A stretch of DNA of 62,938 nt, the filler included, from Thraustochytrium aureum (lineage: Eukaryota): NCBI GenBank assembly GCA_012862495.1. It is 7 parts of 3 records of this genome, joined end to end, with 100 filler letters (N's around TTAATTAATTAA, not from the genome) between each part and the next. Parts side by side here need not be neighbours in the genome. Positions count along the whole stretch, not along the records: positions 11,083 to 29,746 come from BLSG01000132.1; 6 more parts are not named here. One strand, 5' to 3'. This document shows, in pieces, positions 12,424 to 24,085 of this stretch; within the stretch, counting starts at the first letter, position 1; each line of letters starts with the position of its first letter. A model generated the notes under the pieces. The model saw nothing but the letters and a program-made list of their open reading frames with translations, made no database searches and was not told the DNA's origin. Made by a program: the position numbers and the translations under genes.

Positions 12424-13668
12424 TTAGGGGTGGACGAGGTCCATGTTGGCAGCGAGCTCGCGCGCAACGATGATGTTCTGCACCTGGCTCGTGCCCTCGT
12501 AGATGGTGTAGATCTTGGAGTCGCGCATGAGCTTCTCGACGGGGTACTCGGTGTTGAAACCGTTGCCGCCAAAGATCTGCACGGCGTTGTTGGAGGCGCG
12601 CACGGCGGCCTCGCCAGCAAAGCGCTTGGCCATCGAAGCGTAGTACGTGTTGCGCTTGCCGCTGTCGATGACGCTGCTGGCCTTGTAGGTGAGCAAGCGG
12701 CCCGCCTCGATGTCGGCGGCCATCTCGGCGAGCATGAAGCTGACGCCTTGGTTCGAGAAGATGGGCTTGCCAAAGGTCTTGCGCTCCATCGAGTACTTGA
12801 GCGCCTCGTCGAGCGCGCGGCGCGCCAGACCCACAGCGCCGATGGCCACTGGCGGGCGCGTGTGGTCGAAGGCGCCCATGGCGATGCGGAAGCCCTGGCC
12901 CTCGGCGCCGAGGACGTTCTCCACAGGGACCTCCAGGTCTTCGAAGGTGATGCCGCGCGTGTCGCTGCAGCGCTGGCCCATGTTGATCTCCTTGCGGCCC
13001 ACGGTGATGCCGGGCGAGTCGGCGTCAACGACAAAGCCGGTCATGCCCTTGGGGCCGGCCGACGGGTCGGTCTTGGCCAGCACGAAGTAGAACCCGCCGG
13101 TCTCGCGCGCGCGGCCGCCGTTGGTGATCCACATCTTGCTGCCGTTGATCACGTACTTGTCGCCCTTCTTGACGGCCGTGGTCGAGATCCCGGCCACGTC
13201 GCTCCCGGCCCCCGGCTCGGTCACGCAGTACGCGGCCTGGATGGGCGCCTCGGTGAGGCGGCCAAGGTACTTCTTCTTTTGCTCGGTGGTGCCGGCGAGG
13301 ATCACGGGCGCGCTCGCGAGGCCCATCGCCTCCAGGCCGGTCTGGATGCCGGTGCAGCCGTAGGCCATCTCCTCGGCGATCAGCACGCCGGTCAGGCAGT
13401 CCATGTCCATGCCGCCAACCTCGGCAGGCAGGTGCGGGTTGACGAGGCCGAGCTCCCAGGCCTTTTCAAAGATGGGCTGCGGGAACTTCATGGTCCTGTC
13501 GTATTCTGCGGCCTGCGGCACGATCTCCTCCATGGCAAACTTGCGTGCCAGGCTCTGGATGGCCTTCTGGTCGTCCGTGAGCTCGAAGCTCACGCCCGAC
13601 ATGCACCTCTTCGCGCCCATCACGGCAGCTCCGCGCTGCGCGCGGCGCACCGCAGTAGACAGCATCAT
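12424..13668 (-). CDS. ACADM: Medium-chain acyl-CoA dehydrogenase, mitochondrial
   Basis: Arg-rich transit peptide; [68 protein letters not shown]. Confidence 0.95.
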   Translation of the reverse strand: MMLSTAVRRAQRGAAVMGAKRCMSGVSFELTDDQKAIQSLARKFAMEEIVPQAAEYDRTMKFPQPIFEKAWELGLVNPHLPAEVGGMDMDCLTGVLIAEEMAYGCTGIQTGLEAMGLASAPVILAGTTEQKKKYLGRLTEAPIQAAYCVTEPGAGSDVAGISTTAVKKGDKYVINGSKMWITNGGRARETGGFYFVLAKTDPSAGPKGMTGFVVDADSPGITVGRKEINMGQRCSDTRGITFEDLEVPVENVLGAEGQGFRIAMGAFDHTRPPVAIGAVGLARRALDEALKYSMERKTFGKPIFSNQGVSFMLAEMAADIEAGRLLTYKASSVIDSGKRNTYYASMAKRFAGEAAVRASNNAVQIFGGNGFNTEYPVEKLMRDSKIYTIYEGTSQVQNIIVARELAANMDLVHP

Positions 13669-15124
13669 TCCGCCTGGCTTCTCCTCCGTGCAACAGCTCG
13701 TCCAACTGCGTTCAATCGATCGATCGACGGCTCTCGGCTTTCCGGATTGCGGCTCTGCGTTGACCTGCGCGCNNNNNNNNNNNNNNNNNNNNNNNNNNNN
13801 NNNNNNNNNNNNNNNNNNNNNNNNNNNNNNNNNNNNNNNNNNNNNNNNNNNNNNNNNNNNNNNNNNNNNNNNNNNNNNNNNNNNNNNNNNNNNNNNNNNN
13901 NNNNNNNNNNNNNNNNNNNNNNNNNNNNNNNNNNNNNNNNNNNNNNNNNNNNNNNNNNNNNNNNNNNNNNNNNNNNNNNNNNNNNNNNNNNNNNNNNNNN
14001 NNNNNNNNNNNNNNNNNNNNNNNNNNNNNNNNNNNNNNNNNNNNNNNNNNNNNNNNNNNNNNNNNNNNNNNNNNNNNNNNNNNNNNNNNNNNNNNNNNNN
14101 NNNNNNNNNNNNNNNNNNNNNNNNNNNNNNNNNNNNNNNNNNNNNNNNNNNNNNNNNNNNNNNNNNNNNNNNNNNNNNNNNNNNNNNNNNNNNNNNNNNN
14201 NNNNNNNNNNNNNNNNNNNNNNNNNNNNNNNNNNNNNNNNNNNNNNNNNNNNNNNNNNNNNNNNNNNNNNNNNNNNNNNNNGTCTTGTCTCTCCAGGCGA
14301 TGGATGATGGATGACCAACTGGAGCGCGCGCTCCAGGGTCGACCGAAGCGAGCTGGCCGTACCACGACGGCGCTGGGCTTGGACAATGTTGTCTGGCGCG
14401 GTTTGGCGTGGCTTCGATTGGCCTCGTGAATGATGCTGAGGTGATGGATGCGCAAGGCGGGATGTGGTTTTTTTGGGGTAGGTGTTGATGTCGCTTCTCG
14501 AGCGTGCGCCTCGTGGTTCGCTTGCCGCCTGCGCCCTGCAGCGACAGTCCGATGGCCTGCCCTTCAAGATCGTGCTCGACGCCTTTGATTCTTTTTCTTG
14601 CTTTCTGTGCTCTGAGGGCGGCCGGCTGCACACGCGGGAGGTGCGCGCGTTAGGTTTGGCATCACCCACCGCCCCTGCCTCTCCCAGCTGGCCAACCCGT
14701 CGCCACTTGCCCTGGATGTGTTTGCACGCAGGCACAGGGCGTGGCAGTGAGTGATTTGGTTGAGTAGGTATCTAGCAAGCACCAGCCAGTGCGGGAAGTG
14801 GGCGCCCATTGATTGCTCGTTGGCCCGGTGGCGTCTCTCACCAACAGTGGTCGGGCGTGCTTCTGTCGAACAAAGAGACCGGCTGCTCGCAGGCCAGCCT
14901 TCAATACCTGCTGCACATGTTGCATACCTCCTCGGCTCTGGCTGCTGACTAAAGCTCTGGGCTCCTCTTGCTCGTGCGCAGTCGTGTCAACACTTGGCAC
15001 ACGGCCTCGAGCAGTACCCTATCAACTGCGCGCGCGTCGCGCGAGCGCGAGCGCGGCCCTCTTTACCGGCCAAGTCGCGAGCAGCTGGCAGACGCGGCAA
15101 AGGTGGACATGCGGGAGAGCGCCA

Positions 15125-15126
15125 GA

Positions 15127-15170
<44 letters not shown>

Positions 15171-15193
15171 AGGCAGGGCGGCAGCAGCGGCAG
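15125..15193 (+). repeat. (CAG)n microsatellite
   Basis: Visible trinucleotide run just upstream of the zeta-like kinase. Confidence 0.85.
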
Positions 15194-15221
15194 CACGGCC
15201 TGCTCGGCCGAGAGTGGCGAA

Positions 15222-16241
15222 ATGACGGTCGCAACAAACAGGGCAACGCGCGAGCTAGCACATGGGGAAGTCGAGAGAGCCTCATCCACGCATCTCAGCA
15301 AGGTGTTGGGGCGCGAGTTTATGCTCGCATCACCGGCGCTGACTGGATCGTTCTCCTCAACCGTGTCCAACTGCTCCTCGCTCTCGTCATACACGGTGGA
15401 CAAAAACTACAACTTTGAGCTCCCTTCGCACCAAGTGTACATGAGCGAAATAGAGAGCTACGCAGGGCAGTTCACGGAGACGCGGCGCAACCTGGACAAA
15501 ACGTTCCACGGCTTTTACCGCAAAGACCGGCAACTAGTGCAGGACCAGATCATCTCGTACGCGCTTCGTGCGACTGGGAGCATGAAGCGCCAGCGCCAGC
15601 CATGGATCGTATTCACGGCTGGCGCGATGGGCTCGGGCAAGTCGCACACGCTCGAGCGGCTGAAGAGCACGCCTGAGCTCGCGGCGCTCGACTCGTTCGT
15701 GGTCGTCGACCAGGACGAGATCCGCTCGCTTCTGCCCGAGTGGACCGAGTACGTCTCGAAGAACAGCCGCAAGGCGGCCTCGATGCTTCAAAAGGAGAGC
15801 GGCTACATGTGCGAAATCGCGCTCGCCGAGAGCTTGCAGGCGGGCCGCAACATCGTGTTCGACTCGAGCCTGCGCGACCATGGCTGGTGGCGCTGCGAGT
15901 TTGCGCGCATCCGCGCCGCGCACCCCGAGTACCAGATCGCAATTCTCTACGTTCGCACCGATCTGGACACGGCGCTTCGCCGCGCCGAGCGCCGCGCCCA
16001 AAAGACGGGCAGGGCGGTCCCGCGCCAGTCTGTGGTCGACTCGTTCGAGCAGAGCGCGCGGTCATTCGACCTCTTGCGGGCGGAAGCCAACCTTTCGGCT
16101 GTCATTGATTCGTCAGCCCGGGACCCGGTCTTTGTTGAACCGCCGTCCATGGCAGAGTTTTCTCGCCGACTGTTTGCTTCACCATCCGTTCAGGCGGAGC
16201 GCCTGTCTGCTGGCGCGCTTGGGTCACCGCTGGCCTTGTAA
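15222..16241 (+). CDS. Zeta-toxin-like P-loop kinase
   Basis: PWIVFTAGAMGSGKS (Walker A), VVVDQDEIR, NIVFDSSL, ALRRAERRAQKTGRAVP; start codon uncertain. Confidence 0.8.
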   Translation: MTVATNRATRELAHGEVERASSTHLSKVLGREFMLASPALTGSFSSTVSNCSSLSSYTVDKNYNFELPSHQVYMSEIESYAGQFTETRRNLDKTFHGFYRKDRQLVQDQIISYALRATGSMKRQRQPWIVFTAGAMGSGKSHTLERLKSTPELAALDSFVVVDQDEIRSLLPEWTEYVSKNSRKAASMLQKESGYMCEIALAESLQAGRNIVFDSSLRDHGWWRCEFARIRAAHPEYQIAILYVRTDLDTALRRAERRAQKTGRAVPRQSVVDSFEQSARSFDLLRAEANLSAVIDSSARDPVFVEPPSMAEFSRRLFASPSVQAERLSAGALGSPLAL

Positions 16242-17195
16242 TACCTTTCTTTCTTTCTTTCGTGGCGGTGGGCTCCATAAGTACCCGAGTAGCTCTAGTA
16301 GAGCATCCGCGAAACCCTCTGTTTTTCTTTGTTGTCTGCGACGACCACGACTGGCAGCGGCTTGGTCGCCCAGCCCAGCCACAGTCCACTGTCGGGCCAG
16401 GCGGCAAGCAAGCCTTGTTACACGGGGCAGCGAGAGCTGCGCAACGGCACGCTACCCCTCAGTTTCAAGTTAAAAAAAAAGGGCTGGCTGTCCAGGACGC
16501 TCGCTGCAAACTTGCCGGCCGTAGGCTCCTCCTGAAGCAGAATTCACCTGCGGCCAAGGAAGCGGTGCTTGCGCGCGCCTTGACAGGGCACAGAGAGGCC
16601 GGGGTGGCCACGGTCGAGCCTGAAAGGCGGGCAGGGCCATGGCAGGCTTGTCCAAGTTGAAGGCCGACACGGTCCTCTCGAAAGCGCAACTCAAGTACCT
16701 CCTCAAGGTCGCGGCCGCGGCCAACAAGACCAGGGCCGAGGGCAACGGGATCGAGTGCTCGCGCTTCGTGCCGGACGACCCCAACCTGTCCCAGAGCCCC
16801 TTGCGCAACGACCGGTGGACTCTACGTCCCGTGTATCTTTGGGCTCCCGCGATTTGCGAACCTAGCCTCGCCAACGGCGTACCGTGCATTGGTTGCGACA
16901 AACCCGTGCCGTGGAGGAATGGGGAGTTTCGCTACGAAAAGGTGTTTGAGTCCACGGGCCAGTCGATCCTCCTGCACGTGGCTTACACGTGCCCAGGTTG
17001 CTCGAAGACGTTCAGGAACTCGGAAAAGCGCGCCCTTGCTAAAATGAGCCAAGGCGTGAGCTCGCAGTTCCCTTTCCTCCAATGTGAACAGGCCACGGTT
17101 GAGCGCAATATGTGCATGCACATTTACTCTTTGGCCAAAGCTTGGAGCGTGAAGCAAATCGTTGACCATTTCTCGCGGCTGTATGTGGTGGAGCA

Positions 17196-17258
17196 TCAGG
17201 TGCTGCAACGCCAACACCAGCTCCTGCAACGGCAGCATCAGCTCCTGCAACGCCACCA
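17196..17258 (+). repeat. 21-bp in-frame tandem repeat x3 (HQ(V/L)LQRQ/H)
   Basis: HQVLQRQHQLLQRQHQLLQRHH. Confidence 0.8.
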
Positions 17259-19391
17259 CACACCTTGTGGTTTTCCATGCAGTGGGCAGCGCACCAAGCA
17301 AGTTCAAGAGCCGCAGCGGGCTCCTGCAGCAAGCCCCACGGACTCGGAAAGCCTTGAGAGCGCCAAGCTGGCAGAAGCGCGGACTGTAGCAAGGGTCGGG
17401 CTCGGCTCGGTGTGGGGTATCGGCGCAGCCAAGGTTGCTTCCCTCGCCCAAGCCGGCTTTGCAAGCGCGCTTGACCTTGCCCTCGCCGACACGGCAAACT
17501 TCAGCGGGCCAACTGCTGTAGTAGGCGAGAATCTGCGCACATTTCTTCAGAGCACGTCGAAGGAGAAGGGTTCCAAACTCGTCAAGTCCCTTCGGCCCTT
17601 TGCCTACAAGCGCGTCGCAGCTGCCAAGGAGGCGTGTCTCGCCGCGCTCAGTGGCAAAACGCTAAAGTACCACGCGACGTTGGCCCAGGTCCGCGAGTCC
17701 TTGGCCCAGGCTGACGAAAGCGACGCACAGAGCAAGCAAAGGCGAGTCGAGCTCGACAAGACTGCAGCAGAGCGAGGGAATGCCGCGCTGGCGGCGGGAG
17801 CATCGCCGCCGCCCCCGGCTTTGGTGATAAAACCGCTCGGGAGCTTCAAGGAGTGCGGAGGTTTGCCCTTCCCCAAAAGCGCCGTGCTGCCTGTGATCAT
17901 CGACGCCTTTCGCATCCGCGGACCCCAGCTGCTCGAGCAGATGCTGAGTATCCCGTCGCGCATACTACGGCTCCACATGTCCTGGAAAGCCGGCAACTAC
18001 GTGCGATTCCGAAACATACAGACGAAAGAGCGCTTCCAGGGCTCGGTGTTCTTGGTCGTGAACGAGTATGGGCAGGTGGTCGCGTTCAAGCTCTGCCAAG
18101 GCCGCGACGAGCTCAAGGCTCACAAGCCCCTGCTCNNNNNNNNNNNNNNNNNNNNNNNNNNNNNNNNNNNNNNNNNNNNNNNNNNNNNNNNNNNNNNNNN
18201 NNNNNNNNNNNNNNNNNNNNNNNNNNNNNNNNNNNNNNNNNNNNNNNNNNNNNNNNNNNNNNNNNNNNNNNNNNNNNNNNNNNNNNNNNNNNNNNNNNNN
18301 NNNNNNNNNNNNNNNNNNNNNNNNNNNNNNNNNNNNNNNNNNNNNNNNNNNNNNNNNNNNNNNNNNNNNNNNNNNNNNNNNNNNNNNNNNNNNNNNNNNN
18401 NNNNNNNNNNNNNNNNNNNNNNNNNNNNNNNNNNNNNNNNNNNNNNNNNNNNNNNNNNNNNNNNNNNNNNNNNNNNNNNNNNNNNNNNNNNNNNNNNNNN
18501 NNNNNNNNNNNNNNNNNNNNNNNNNNNNNGCTTTCATGGCGCAGTTCAACCTGTCCTTTGCGCCTCAAAGGACACAGCAGAGTACCAAACGTTTCACGCC
18601 GGGCTTCGTCGCGCCATTCTGAAAGTCTCGGCCGACTCTGGCGCTCCGTGCGAGAGGGACTTGGGGGCGAGCGAAAGCCTCTCTGCGCGGGCCCGAAGCA
18701 AGCCGACCAGCCACACGGTCCCGCCGCCAAGCCAACTGAGCACGTCGGTTTCCTCCTTTCTGGACAAGGTCATCACCAGAGACGGCCAGCACAATGTCGA
18801 GGATGAGACGGGCAAGGCGCCAGTTTTGGCGGGGAAAGCATGGGTTTCCGTGTCTGAGGAGGCGCGGCCGGTGCGCAGCAGTCCGGTGACTCGGCCGCAA
18901 TTTGTCAAGGATCGCAAAGTGATCAACTTGAAAGAGTTTTTGGGCATGCACACGTTTCACGTCGGGCACGGTTGCTTGAGCGATCCTGCCCCGCTCGACA
19001 ATGGCCTAGCTGAAAGCTTCTCCAGCGTTCGGGCGGCGCCGAGAATTGCGGCAGCCAAGGTTGTTGCAAACCGTGCCAAGGCGAGCATGCAGCTGGTCTT
19101 CTTTCGCCTCGCGGAAGACTTTGCAATGTTCAACCTGAATAGGGACGCCAAATTCAAGGTGGAGACAGACGTCGAGAGCGATATCTCTGGCGCCGACGAT
19201 GTCGAGCTGCTACGGAACATTCGATATGCACGCGCTGCTGCACAGCGCATCGATATGGCCTTGTTTGGCTTTTCGGAGAGCGGTGCGGCCTCGATCTCCA
19301 GTGATCAAAGTCAGGACGAAAGCGACACAGACCCCTACTCGCGCTTCTGCGGTCTGAGTGAGGGCCCGTTTTTCCTGGACAACGAGTGCGA

Positions 19392-19444
19392 CCCTGGCGC
19401 GGAGAGCTACCCTGGCGCGGAGAGCTACCCTGGCGTGGAGAGCT
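19392..19444 (+). repeat. 18-bp in-frame tandem repeat x3 (PGAESY)
   Basis: CCCTGGCGCGGAGAGCTA repeated. Confidence 0.85.
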
Positions 19445-19941
19445 TTGCTGCGCCCCCGCGTGACATGGATTCTGACTCTGGCGGGAGTTTTCTCCCTCGC
19501 GCCACTGCCACCTCATCCGAACAACTCGAAGGCGTATGCCAAGGAGCCGCTGCCAGCCAAGGCAGCATCCGCACTGCCTCAAGCGCGAGTCCCGGCCCGA
19601 CCGCAGCCCTTCCACCCGGACGCCTCAACTCCATCATCCCAGGCAGCCATGGCGCGAGCTCTCACACACCGACACCTGCCACTCGCGGACTGACCAGGGT
19701 CCGGCGGGCTGGCAGCCCTCCGAGGCAGAGGTCCGCCAAAAGGCTTCGCAGCGCCGACCAGGACGGTTCAACGCCATGACCCCGGTCGCCATGGAGCTCG
19801 CGCGGAGTTGGGCTCAGCATCGATCGAGACTCGAGAGTGGCGTTGGCGCATTTCCAACGGCATTTCGCCGTGCGCGAAATCCACACATGCACAGCGCTCC
19901 CGTCTGCCTCGCGCATCCTCCCTCCCTCCAGAAGATGGCAG

Positions 19942-20001
19942 AGCAGGACAGAAGCTGCCGTGCCGCGGTAGGGCAGAACAGAAGCTGCCGTGCCGCAGTA
20001 G
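19942..20001 (+). repeat. 30-bp tandem repeat x2
   Basis: GCAG(G/A)ACAGAAGCTGCCGTGCCGC(G/A)GTAG twice. Confidence 0.75.
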
Positions 20002-21497
20002 ACCTCGAGCGCGGGCGCGCCAAAACGCAGCACACCCTGCCAAAGGCTGCCATGCNNNNNNNNNNNNNNNNNNNNNNNNNNNNNNNNNNNNNNNNNNNNN
20101 NNNNNNNNNNNNNNNNNNNNNNNNNNNNNNNNNNNNNNNNNNNNNNNNNNNNNNNNNNNNNNNNNNNNNNNNNNNNNNNNNNNNNNNNNNNNNNNNNNNN
20201 NNNNNNNNNNNNNNNNNNNNNNNNNNNNNNNNNNNNNNNNNNNNNNNNNNNNNNNNNNNNNNNNNNNNNNNNNNNNNNNNNNNNNNNNNNNNNNNNNNNN
20301 NNNNNNNNNNNNNNNNNNNNNNNNNNNNNNNNNNNNNNNNNNNNNNNNNNNNNNNNNNNNNNNNNNNNNNNNNNNNNNNNNNNNNNNNNNNNNNNNNNNN
20401 NNNNNNNNNNNNNNNNNNNNNNNNNNNNNNNNNNNNNNNNNNNNNNNNNNNNNNNNNNNNNNNNNNNNNNNNNNNNNNNNNNNNNNNNNNNNNNNNNNNN
20501 NNNNNNNNNNNNNNNNNNNNNNNNNNNNNGACAATTGCGGCGCGAAAAGCCGACCTGCGACTGGGCAACCGTTGGACGCGGCTCACGCTGGCGTTGTGTC
20601 AAAGCCCACGGGTACTCACTCACTCACTACTCGATCGACAGGAGCGCTGGCGAGAGAGCGGTGAGCAGTGGCCGGCGATCGCACCGCAGGAGACGTGTTC
20701 CAAACAGTGCGCCGGAATTGCCGCAGGCGCTTCCCGCCCGCCTCTAACGGTGCATTCGTTTTCATGCTCGGCGCTCTGATGAGAGTCGTCGCGGGTCAAA
20801 CGGGGACAAAGGGCAGGCTGCGGAGACAGCTCGGTAGTCTCAGCTCTGACTTGGACGTTCGTTGGGAGCGTGCTCAGGCTCGCGAAGCCCCTGCCATGAA
20901 GCTCGACGCGCCTCTCCAGCGCCAAGACGGGCTCTTGTTGGTTGGCATGCTCGGCATGGTTTGCAGGAAGACAGGCGTGACTTCGCAGGGGTGCAGATGT
21001 GAGAAGCTGCTTCTGCGCCTCGTCGCCCTCCTCGCCCTCCTCGCGCTTTCGCGCTTTCAGAGCGCGGACTCTCCGTAATCTATCGCGTAAACCAACAGGC
21101 GCTGCGCAGCGGTGTGGACGGCGCTGTTCAAGCGGCGCGGGCCGAGTTGTTCCCGCGTGCGCTGGCATTCGTGCTGCCCTCCTTTTTTTAGCGAAAGAAA
21201 ACCTCGGAATGTTTTTCATGTTGCAACGTGTAATGCGAAAAGTTCGAGGTGCAGTGTCGTGGCTGCTGGCAGACCAGACCCCAAACCCCGAACACGTTGC
21301 GGCGGCGAGGATTGGGCTGGCTCACGGCGCGCCTGCGTTCGATTGACGAGCTGGAGATTGACTGCGATTCCGCGAAAAGCTCGCAAGGAAAGGCACGAAG
21401 GACGGTTTGCAGGCAGCACAGCAGGTGCACGGCGCAAGGTAGACAGACCCTTCGTATCTGCGTGTTGTTCTGCTGTTTCGCGCGCTTCGCCGAGACA

Positions 21498-24085
21498 ATG
21501 AAGGCGAACGGACTGCTCGCGCTCGCCGTGGCGGCCGCCGCTGCCGTCGCAGGACGCGGGGATGGGGCTTTCAAGGCAGACGTGTCCGAGGAGGTGGAGA
21601 GCTTCATGGCGGAAATCGAAGAGGTGATTGGGAGCAAGACAGGGACGGTGGTGACGCCCGAGCAAGACCTCCGCAAGTGGATCGGCACGCACTACGTGTT
21701 CGAGCTGATGAACATTTCCAACCTGGAGCTGGCCAGCAATGCTACGATGCTGGAGGAAGCCATGCTCGAAGCCTCCCGCGCCGGCGGGCTGAGCATACTC
21801 CAGTCCGCGGGCCACCAGTTTGAAGGCAAAGGCGAGGGCGCCACCGCCTTTGTGGTCCTGGCAGAGAGCCACTTTGCTGTCCACACGTGGCCCGAGCTAA
21901 AGTACGTAGCGGCCGACATTTTCACCTGCGGCTCCGAGGAAAAGGCAAAGACCGCCGCGGCCTTTCTAGCGGAAGCGTTCGGCGCCAAAGACTTTGTGGG
22001 CGCCCGCTTGCCTCGCGGAATCCCCGGGAAGCTCGTCCTCAACCAGCTCGTCATGAGCCCGGCCGCCANNNNNNNNNNNNNNNNNNNNNNNNNNNNNNNN
22101 NNNNNNNNNNNNNNNNNNNNNNNNNNNNNNNNNNNNNNNNNNNNNNNNNNNNNNNNNNNNNNNNNNNNNNNNNNNNNNNNNNNNNNNNNNNNNNNNNNNN
22201 NNNNNNNNNNNNNNNNNNNNNNNNNNNNNNNNNNNNNNNNNNNNNNNNNNNNNNNNNNNNNNNNNNNNNNNNNNNNNNNNNNNNNNNNNNNNNNNNNNNN
22301 NNNNNNNNNNNNNNNNNNNNNNNNNNNNNNNNNNNNNNNNNNNNNNNNNNNNNNNNNNNNNNNNNNNNNNNNNNNNNNNNNNNNNNNNNNNNNNNNNNNN
22401 NNNNNNNNNNNNNNNNNNNNNNNNNNNNNNNNNNNNNNNNNNNNNNNNNNNNNNNNNNNNNNNNNNNNNNNNNNNNNNNNNNNNNNNNNNNNNNNNNNNN
22501 NNNNNNNNNNNNNNNNNNNNNNNNNNNNNNNNNNNNNNNNNNNNNNNNNNNNNNNNNNNNNNNNNNNNNNNNNNNNNNNNNNNNNNNNNNNNNNNNNNNN
22601 NNNNNNNNNNNNCAAGACATCGAAACCAGTGCGAAGGAGGGCATCTCTGTGGAGGAGACGGTGGCGCACCGCTGGGCTTCCAAGATGTCAGACAAGGACC
22701 TCAGCACGGTCTTTAGCAACTCACAGGACGACTTTGACGTCCTCGAAAACACGCAAAGCAAGTACCAGAATGTCGAGTTCATCAAAAACAAGCGGAACGG
22801 CGACATCTGCCTAGTCCTGGATGGCACCGTGCAAATCTGCGAGTCGTACAACGCGGCGTACTCGGAGGTATACGTGCACCTCCCCGTTGCCTTCCTCAGC
22901 TCGTTCAAGACCGCGCTCATCATCGGCGGCGGGGACGCGCTTGCTCTCCGCGAGATCCTCAAGTACAGCTCTGTGGAGCGCGTCGTCCAGCTTGAGCTGG
23001 ACGAGATGGTCCCCCGGCAGTGCGAAAAGTACTTTGGCGTCAACGCCCATCTGCCGGACAACCCCGACGCCGACCCGCGCGTCGAGTGGATCTTTGGCGA
23101 CGCTGCCAAAACGATCGTCGACCTCGTTAACAACGGCGAGCAGTTCGACCTCCTGCTGCTGGACATCTCCGAAACCGACCCTTCGGGTACGGTCTCGACG
23201 GTCGACTTTTTCCGCCACGTGAGCCAGGCGCTGGGCCCGGCCGGGATCTTCATCAAGAATGAAAACTACCAGCAAGCCACCTCCACCCTTTTCAGCGAGT
23301 ACCTGGAGGTGGTCTACCCGGTTCCGGTCATCACGCAGCAGACCTTTGTGCTTGGCAGCAACGGGACCTCGCTCATGCTTCCCAACTTTCGCCTGCTCGA
23401 AGAGAACCACGTCTCGACCTCATTCCTCGCGCACGGGCCTTCGACGCTGTACCGCCAGTTGCGAGCCATCGTGCGCCGCTACTCAAAGCGCGGGCTCAAC
23501 TACGAGGCCGAGGCCTCGCAGGAATTCGAGGCGCGCAACAACCACAGCCCCTGGGTTCGCCGCGAGCGGTACGAGGCCGCGCTCGACGCCACCGTTGACG
23601 GGGGCACTTGCGCCGAGCCCGCGATGAAGCCCTGCTACACGGAGACCAAGGGCGACCCCATGATCATACCTGCCATCGCCTGGCGCAAAGCAGAGTGCGA
23701 GGTCCCCCCCGAGTCGGATTCGATCCAAGTCGAGTTTGAAAACAACTCGCCGTCCCCGCTGGCGCTGTCTTGGGTGAACCCTGAGACCAACGAGATGCAG
23801 ACCGTGCTCCCGCGACTTGATCCAGGCAACTCCAAGCGTCTCAATACGTTTTTCGGCCACAAGTTTTCGATCACCGACCTGGAGCACGAGCTCGTTGACC
23901 TCGCCCAGTTTGAGATCGTCATGCAGCACGGTTCTCACCCGTACATCTCGTTCTCGGGTCTGCACGAACCGGTCATTGCCTCACGTCGTCGCATCGAGGA
24001 GGCCAAGCGCACGATCCGCCGCATCGTTCAACCGCCCAGACCCGCAGACGAGAACGACGACAGCGTGCTCGGTAGCACGTTGTAG
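21498..24085 (+). CDS. Signal peptide + bacterial-type S-adenosylmethionine decarboxylase + [gap] + spermidine-synthase-family aminopropyltransferase + VHL-beta-like domain
   Basis: MKANGLLALAVAAAAAVAG; GTHYVFEL...HQF..GATAFVVLAESHFAVHTWPE..AADIFTCG; after gap QSKYQ, LVLDGTVQ, ALIIGGGDA..REILKY, LELDEMV, GDA, FDLLLLD; C-terminal VEFENNS..LSWVN..LNTFFGHKF. Continuity across gap 22069-22612 is inferred. Confidence 0.85.

Larger units (their letters stand above)
16639..19779 (+). mobile_element. Degenerate DUF6729/Mutator-like transposase-derived ORF with HhH motif (gap 18136-18529)
   Basis: VYLWAP..CIGC..YTCPGC..SQFPF (DUF6729-like Zn region), RILRLHMSWK, VVNEYGQVV, AFH, HxGHGCLSDP, FNLNR; HhH-like VWGIGAAKVASLAQAGF. 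Confidence 0.55.

Noticed and set aside
12400..13772. Long + strand ORF over ACADM, and similar antisense ORFs over NOP2, USP48 and the hydrolase
   Set aside because: Shadow ORFs caused by high GC3 codon bias; no recognisable motifs.
14282..15000. Possible gene between ACADM and the zeta-like kinase
   Set aside because: Only short overlapping ORFs without recognisable motifs.
20668..21078. Short ORF upstream of the AdoMetDC fusion
   Set aside because: No recognisable motif or other support.
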